The notes below the pieces were generated by a model, which did not search any database, had not been told where the DNA came from, and worked only from the letters and a program-made list of their open reading frames with translations. This document shows positions 7,250 to 11,975 of a DNA stretch of 11,975 nucleotides, piece by piece. Both the position numbers and the translations under genes were made by a program. The first letter of the stretch is position 1. Each line of letters starts with the position of its first letter. The DNA comes from a virus (lineage: Duplodnaviria; Heunggongvirae; Uroviricota; Caudoviricetes), in the IMG/VR virus record IMGVR_UViG_2675903425_000020; one strand, given 5' to 3'.

Positions 7250-7613
7250 GTGGGGCGACTGGCCACTCAACATCCGCTGCTACTGTTGTATCAACACGAT
7301 TCAACAATACCCGATATGTCTTCCATGCAGCCAGTAACGATGCCTCTTCCTCCGTCGCAATATCCAAATCTACGGCATCCTGAAGTGGCGCAATATGCTC
7401 ACTGGCTACCTGCATCAGGCTGTTTTTTGTTTCTTCTGCCTCCCGTACCCGAAACAGTTTTTCTGCTTCTGCATCTTTCGCCCAGGATGTGCCGTTCCAC
7501 TTCTGACACTCTCCATCCGGCGACAACCAGGTAACATTTTCCGGTAACGGACCGAGTTCAGAAATAAATAACGCGTCGCCGGAAGCCACGTCATAAACCG
7601 TTTTACCCCGATG
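7245..7613 (-). CDS. tfa: Tail fiber assembly protein Tfa, C-terminal portion (copy A; 5' end lost in N-run)
   Basis: Minus-strand translation ...[122 protein letters not shown], close to the C-terminal two thirds of lambda Tfa as I recall it. Stop at 7245-7247. Confidence 0.75.
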
Positions 7614-7663
7614 NNNNNNNNNNNNNNNNNNNNNNNNNNNNNNNNNNNNNNNNNNNNNNNNNN
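7614..7663. other. Assembly gap (50 N) inside the tfa region
   Basis: Run of 50 N flanked on both sides by about 240 bp of near-identical (about 96 percent) tfa sequence. Confidence 0.95.
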
Positions 7664-8112
7664 GCATCCTGAAGTGGCGCAATATGCTCACTGGCTACCT
7701 GCATCAGGCTGTTTTTTGTTTCTTCCGCCTCCCGGATCCGGAACAGTTTTTCTGCTTCTGCATCTTTCACCCAGGCTGTGCCGTTCCACTTCTGAAACTC
7801 CCCTTCCGGCGATAACCAGGTAACATTTTCCGGTAATGAGCCGAGTTCAGAAATAAATAACGCGTCGCCGGAAGCCACGTCATAAACCGTTTTACCCCGA
7901 TGATCTTCAACGAGATGCCACGATGACTCATCACTGTTGAAAACAGCCACGAAGCCAGCCGGAATATCTGGCGGTGCAATATAGGTACTGTTTGCTGGCA
8001 GACCTGTATGAGGCGGAATATATGCGTCACCTTCACCAATAAATTCATTAGTTCCGGTCAGCAGATTATAAATTTTTATGGTCCGTGGTTGTTCACTCAT
8101 TCTGAATGCCAT
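7664..8112 (-). CDS. tfa: Tail fiber assembly protein Tfa, N-terminal portion (copy B; 3' end lost in N-run)
   Basis: Minus-strand ATG at 8110-8112 overlapping the stf stop (TAATG). Translation [149 protein letters not shown]... is nearly identical to the lambda Tfa N-terminus. Confidence 0.8.
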
Positions 8113-11027
8113 TATGCAAGCCTCACAATGTAGTTAAATGCGATGTTTTTGACAGTGTTTTCCGCGTTACCCGCAGCGTTAACGGTGATGGTGTGTCCAT
8201 GTGAGCCAATCGCAACAGAGTGCGTATGAGCACCAATACCGACAGTATGTGCGTGAGCACCTGCAGATGCAGCTGTGCCGCTGACACTATGAGTGTGCGC
8301 TCCTGCAGCACTTGTATTCACACTGGCCGCAGACACTACCTTATGTACTGACCCATTTTGTGACCACTGGCTGACTGCTGATGCGCCTGTGACACTATGA
8401 GTATGGTTTCCGGCACTTGCGGCTGTACCGCTCACACTGTGCGTGTGCGCCCCGGTGTTATTCGTGGATTTAGTGCCGTAATCAAACGACGATGTGGTTT
8501 TCGTCCCCAAATCCGTACTGGATGCGCTGGCGCTGTGGGTGTGCGATTTAATGCCGTCCTGTTCCTGAGACAATACGGCCCGACCACTGGCAGGTTTGCC
8601 CTTAATCGTCCAGCCACGCATATCAGGGATCACGCCTGACGGATAAGCGGCTGCAAGTTTCGGGTATGCAGATTTGTCAAAAGTCTGCCCCTGCATCAGG
8701 GCATAGCCAGACGGAACGGTATCTGATGGCCACGGGATTGGTGCGCCAGGCGGATAAAACTGCTCTGATGGCGTATAGAGTGAATAAACTGTACCGTCCG
8801 TTAACCCTTCCGGCTTATTAGCAGAATATGCTGGTGACGTATGAATCGTCACGCTGGCATTACTGGTATAATCCCATTGAATATTTACACCAGTCGCATA
8901 ATTTCCGATTGCAACGTAAATATCGTAAGTATCACCAGATGTATTGACCCAGGCAAAATTTGTAAACCCTGTCGATGTGCGCTGCCATAAAGCACCAGTA
9001 ATCCCCTTCGGATTACCATTACCTGCACGCAAAACAAGTTCAGATATACCTGCCTGTTGAGGTGACCCCACGTTAAATCCCGCGCCACCAATCAACGTAA
9101 TTGAAACAACAGAACTCGCCTGTGGCATGGTTACCGTTGCTAATTTGAACCAACCAGCACCACCGCTGAATGACATTGTTGTTGAGTTAAGCGTACCAAT
9201 ATCTTTCGGCGTCAGTGTTATATCCGATGAAAGCGCCTTACCATTCACCTTACGGGCAGAAGGTACCCGACCATTCGCATTATCATTAGCTGCTTTCACT
9301 GCTTTCGGTGTCGCGGCAAGCGTTTCAGATGCGCTGTTGGTTGCACTACTGAGCTGGACAATTCCTTTTTGTGCTGTCGTAGCGTCCTGAGCAGTATATT
9401 TCCCGTTAGCAAGGTCATAGGCTGCCTTTACCGACTTTGGCGTTGCCGCCAGCATTTCAGATGTGCTGTTGGTCGCGTTGCTAAGCTGAACTATCCCTTT
9501 CTGTGCTGTCGTTGCATCCTGTGCGGTGTATTTCCCGTTAGCCAGCTCATACGCGGCCTTAACGGCTTTTGGCGTTGCCGCCAGTGACTCGGAAGTGCTG
9601 TTAGTCGCACTGCTGAGCTGTACTATCCCCTTTTTCGTCGTGCTCGCATCCTCAAGCGCCACGGCGGATGCAATATCCTCTGCCCGTTTTGCCGCTGTCT
9701 CAGCGCGCGTTGCTGCAGATTCCGCCGTACTTTTGCTCTGAGCTGCTGCCGTCGCACTACCAGCTGCCTCTGTCGCCTTCGTGGATGCCGTCGTGGCGCT
9801 GCTCTTCGCTGCTGACGCTTGTCTGGTCGCCTCATCTTTTGAAGCAGACGCAGATGATGCCGATGACGCCGCCGAACTGGCTGACGATGCGGCAGCCGTT
9901 TTTGAGGATTCTGCGCTGGTTTCCGACGCTTTCGCGTTCGTTTCGGATGTCTTCGCTGCGGAAGCAGAACTCGCTGCTGCGCTGGCCTGTTCAGTGGCTT
10001 CGCCAGCCTTCGTTGTGGCTGTTGAAGCAGACGATGCGGCACTTTCTGCCGATTTTCCGGCGGCGGTGGCACTGGCTGAGGCCTGCCCGGCACTTGTTGA
10101 CGCGGCACTGGCAGATAATGCAGCCGCTGTTTTTGAGCCTGCTGCTGCGGAGGCACTCTGTTCTGCTGCCGTTTCAGAGGACTTAGCGTTTGTCTCAGAC
10201 GTTTTGGCCGCCTTCGCGGAATTGCCTGCCGCCGTTGCCGAGGAGGCTGCACTACTGGCGCTCGAGGCTGCGCTCGTTTCTGATGATTTTGCCGCCTCTT
10301 TTGAAGCCGACGCATCCCTGGCTGAGGAGGCAGCTTCTGACGCTTTCGTGGTCGCGGTGGATGCAGAAGTGGCGGCTGATTGTTGTGACACTGCCGCATT
10401 CGTTTCTGACGTTTTCGCCGCACCGGCACTGGTAGCCGCCGCGCTTTTTGAGGACTCTGCAGCGGCAGCACTTTTTGATGCTTCAGTAGCCTTTGTTGAT
10501 GCCGTTCCTGCGCTGGAAGACGCTGACTGAGCCGACGACGCGGCCTGTCCGGCTGACGTGCTGGCTGCGCGTGCTGAGTCCGCAGCATCAGTCGCATGGG
10601 TTGCCGCCTCACGGGCTGATGTGCTGGCATCGCTGGCTGACTTCTTCGCGGCTGCCGTGTTCTGTGCCACCGCGGACGCGTTACGCGCCACCTCTTCCAC
10701 CATCAGCTCAAAACGGCGCAGTGCCTCCGGACGGACATCATCCTCAGTCATGGCACCAAGAAAATCATTCAGCGTACCGGGTTGAGAATCTTCATACACG
10801 GTGATGGTCCCGGCATGTGACGGCGGGAANCCTTCCACCAACAGAATNACGCTGTACTGACCGTACTCAACGTCCATGCTGTAACGACCGGCTTCATCCG
10901 GATTTTCAGAGGCCACCGTGTTCACCACCACCGTGGCGCTGTTACGTCTGGCTTTCAGTTGAATGGTGCAGTTCTCTACCGGTTTTCCTGTGCCGTCTTT
11001 CAGTACACCTGAAATCTTTACTGCCAT
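8112..11027 (-). CDS. stf: Side tail fiber protein (lambda Stf-like)
   Basis: 973-codon ORF (track 8112-11033 with GTG; ATG at 11025-11027 gives [59 protein letters not shown]..., the lambda Stf N-terminus). Long Ala/Ser-rich central region, three tandem 42-aa tail fiber repeats, conserved [10 protein letters not shown]...[34 protein letters not shown] block and His-rich C-terminus ending [22 protein letters not shown]. Two ambiguous bases (10830, 10848) give two X residues. Confidence 0.9.
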   Translation of the reverse strand: MAVKISGVLKDGTGKPVENCTIQLKARRNSATVVVNTVASENPDEAGRYSMDVEYGQYSXILLVEXFPPSHAGTITVYEDSQPGTLNDFLGAMTEDDVRPEALRRFELMVEEVARNASAVAQNTAAAKKSASDASTSAREAATHATDAADSARAASTSAGQAASSAQSASSSAGTASTKATEASKSAAAAESSKSAAATSAGAAKTSETNAAVSQQSAATSASTATTKASEAASSARDASASKEAAKSSETSAASSASSAASSATAAGNSAKAAKTSETNAKSSETAAEQSASAAAGSKTAAALSASAASTSAGQASASATAAGKSAESAASSASTATTKAGEATEQASAAASSASAAKTSETNAKASETSAESSKTAAASSASSAASSASSASASKDEATRQASAAKSSATTASTKATEAAGSATAAAQSKSTAESAATRAETAAKRAEDIASAVALEDASTTKKGIVQLSSATNSTSESLAATPKAVKAAYELANGKYTAQDATTAQKGIVQLSNATNSTSEMLAATPKSVKAAYDLANGKYTAQDATTAQKGIVQLSSATNSASETLAATPKAVKAANDNANGRVPSARKVNGKALSSDITLTPKDIGTLNSTTMSFSGGAGWFKLATVTMPQASSVVSITLIGGAGFNVGSPQQAGISELVLRAGNGNPKGITGALWQRTSTGFTNFAWVNTSGDTYDIYVAIGNYATGVNIQWDYTSNASVTIHTSPAYSANKPEGLTDGTVYSLYTPSEQFYPPGAPIPWPSDTVPSGYALMQGQTFDKSAYPKLAAAYPSGVIPDMRGWTIKGKPASGRAVLSQEQDGIKSHTHSASASSTDLGTKTTSSFDYGTKSTNNTGAHTHSVSGTAASAGNHTHSVTGASAVSQWSQNGSVHKVVSAASVNTSAAGAHTHSVSGTAASAGAHAHTVGIGAHTHSVAIGSHGHTITVNAAGNAENTVKNIAFNYIVRLA
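9270..9645 (-). repeat. Three tandem about 126-bp repeats encoding the phage tail fiber repeat motif within stf
   Basis: Three consecutive near-identical units encoding [41 protein letters not shown] (variants ELANG / DLANG / NDNANG); direct DNA repeats visible on the plus strand from about 9290 to 9645. Confidence 0.8.
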
Positions 11028-11038
11028 ATTCACCCCAC

Positions 11039-11065
11039 AAAAAAGCCCGCCTGAACCGGCGGGCT
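11039..11065 (-). terminator. Rho-independent terminator between lom and stf (minus strand)
   Basis: 8-bp GC-rich stem AGCCCGCC (11044-11051) / GGCGGGCT (11058-11065), 6-nt loop; on the minus strand it is followed by a TTTTT run (plus-strand AAAAA 11039-11043) immediately before the stf ribosome-binding region. Confidence 0.6.
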
Positions 11066-11092
11066 GTCATAACACTGTGTTACCTGGCTAAT

Positions 11093-11462
11093 CAGAACTT
11101 ATAACCGACACCCACGATGAAACCGTCAGTGCGCCAGTCGCCACTGCCGGAGCCTTCATAAGCAATATCAATGGCCACGGATTCGNNNNNNNNNNNNNNN
11201 NNNNNNNNNNNNNNNNNTAACGGGTAAGCTGGCGATTCTTGTCTCCTGCATAGCTGAATGACGTCACCAGCCCCAGCGTGTCCGTAAATTCATAACGGTA
11301 TTTCACGTTAATCCCGTTAAGATTATCGCTACCGGGAGCGCTCGTCCGGGCATGAAGATACCCCGCGCTCAGCGTGGCCTGCTGCTCAGACGCCCATGCA
11401 GGCGCGCCGGATACGGCCAGACAGATGGCTGCGGACAAAATGGCGGCATAAAGTTTACGCAT
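11093..11462 (-). CDS. lom: Lom-like outer membrane protein (Ail/Lom/PagC/OmpX family beta-barrel), interrupted by a 32-N assembly gap
   Basis: Minus-strand ATG at 11460-11462. N-terminus MRKLYAAILSAAICLAVSGAPAWASEQQATLSAGYLHARTSAPGSDNLNGINVKYRYEFTDTLGLVTSFSYAGDKNRQLTR has a signal peptide and is near-identical to lambda Lom. After the gap the frame reads ESVAIDIAYEGSGSGDWRTDGFIVGVGYKF* with the family-typical terminal aromatic; stop at 11093-11095. The track ORF 11088-11462 is frame-confused by the gap. Confidence 0.85.
11176..11207. other. Assembly gap (32 N) inside lom
   Basis: N-run; reading frame before and after is consistent with one lom gene only if the true missing length differs from 32. 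Confidence 0.95.
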
Positions 11463-11486
11463 AATTACCTCTCGCTTTTCTGCAAT

Positions 11487-11536
11487 NNNNNNNNNNNNNN
11501 NNNNNNNNNNNNNNNNNNNNNNNNNNNNNNNNNNNN
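11487..11536. other. Assembly gap (50 N) between lom and the upstream partial ORF
   Basis: Run of 50 N. Confidence 0.95.

Positions 11537-11975
<439 letters not shown>

Noticed and set aside
7250-7823. Plus-strand ORFs 7250-7534 and 7611-7823 antisense to tfa
   Set aside because: Antisense to a well-supported tfa frame, and they mirror the duplication across the gap; no independent support.
7245-8112. Possibility that the two tfa copies mark an invertible tail-fiber segment (Mu G-segment or e14 P-region type)
   Set aside because: The two copies are in direct, not inverted, orientation; no invertase (pin/gin-like) gene or crossover sites are visible; an N-run sits exactly between them, favouring an assembly explanation.
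9623-10630. 335-aa Arg/Pro/Gln-rich minus-strand ORF and the 249-aa Ala/Asp-rich plus-strand ORF (9781-10530) inside stf
   Set aside because: Alternative-frame and antisense readings of the GCN-rich DNA that encodes the Ala/Ser-rich shaft of Stf; low-complexity artefacts.

Overview
This window is a prophage tail region from an enterobacterial (E. coli/Shigella/Salmonella-like) draft assembly; it contains three N-runs (7614-7663, 11176-11207, 11487-11536) and two single ambiguous bases. Left to right: (1) the right-hand end of an IS30-family insertion sequence (1-476) inserted into a P2 gpD-like tail gene, whose N-terminal 89 codons remain on the minus strand (743-477); (2) a P2-like myovirus tail operon on the plus strand, sheath FI, tube FII, chaperone E with an E+E' frameshift site, tape measure T (frame broken near 5111-5134) and gpU; (3) a strongly AT-rich single-gene moron (about 6549-7249) encoding a hexapeptide-repeat acetyltransferase of the WcaB/CysE family, with a near-consensus sigma70 promoter and an intrinsic terminator; (4) on the minus strand, a lambda-like tail-end module: lom, a 973-codon side tail fiber gene stf, and tfa present as two overlapping, about 96 percent identical partial copies flanking the first N-run, preceded by a partial ORF that may be a J-like C-terminus. 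The prophage looks defective (IS30 in D, broken T reading frame). The most interesting element is the acetyltransferase moron, a candidate lysogenic-conversion or superinfection-exclusion gene, though an acetyltransferase at a phage cargo site is not in itself a new kind of system. The gene order (D divergent from FI, FI-U convergent with tfa) is not the canonical P2 order. All identifications rest on reading the translations against remembered family sequences; no database search was run.
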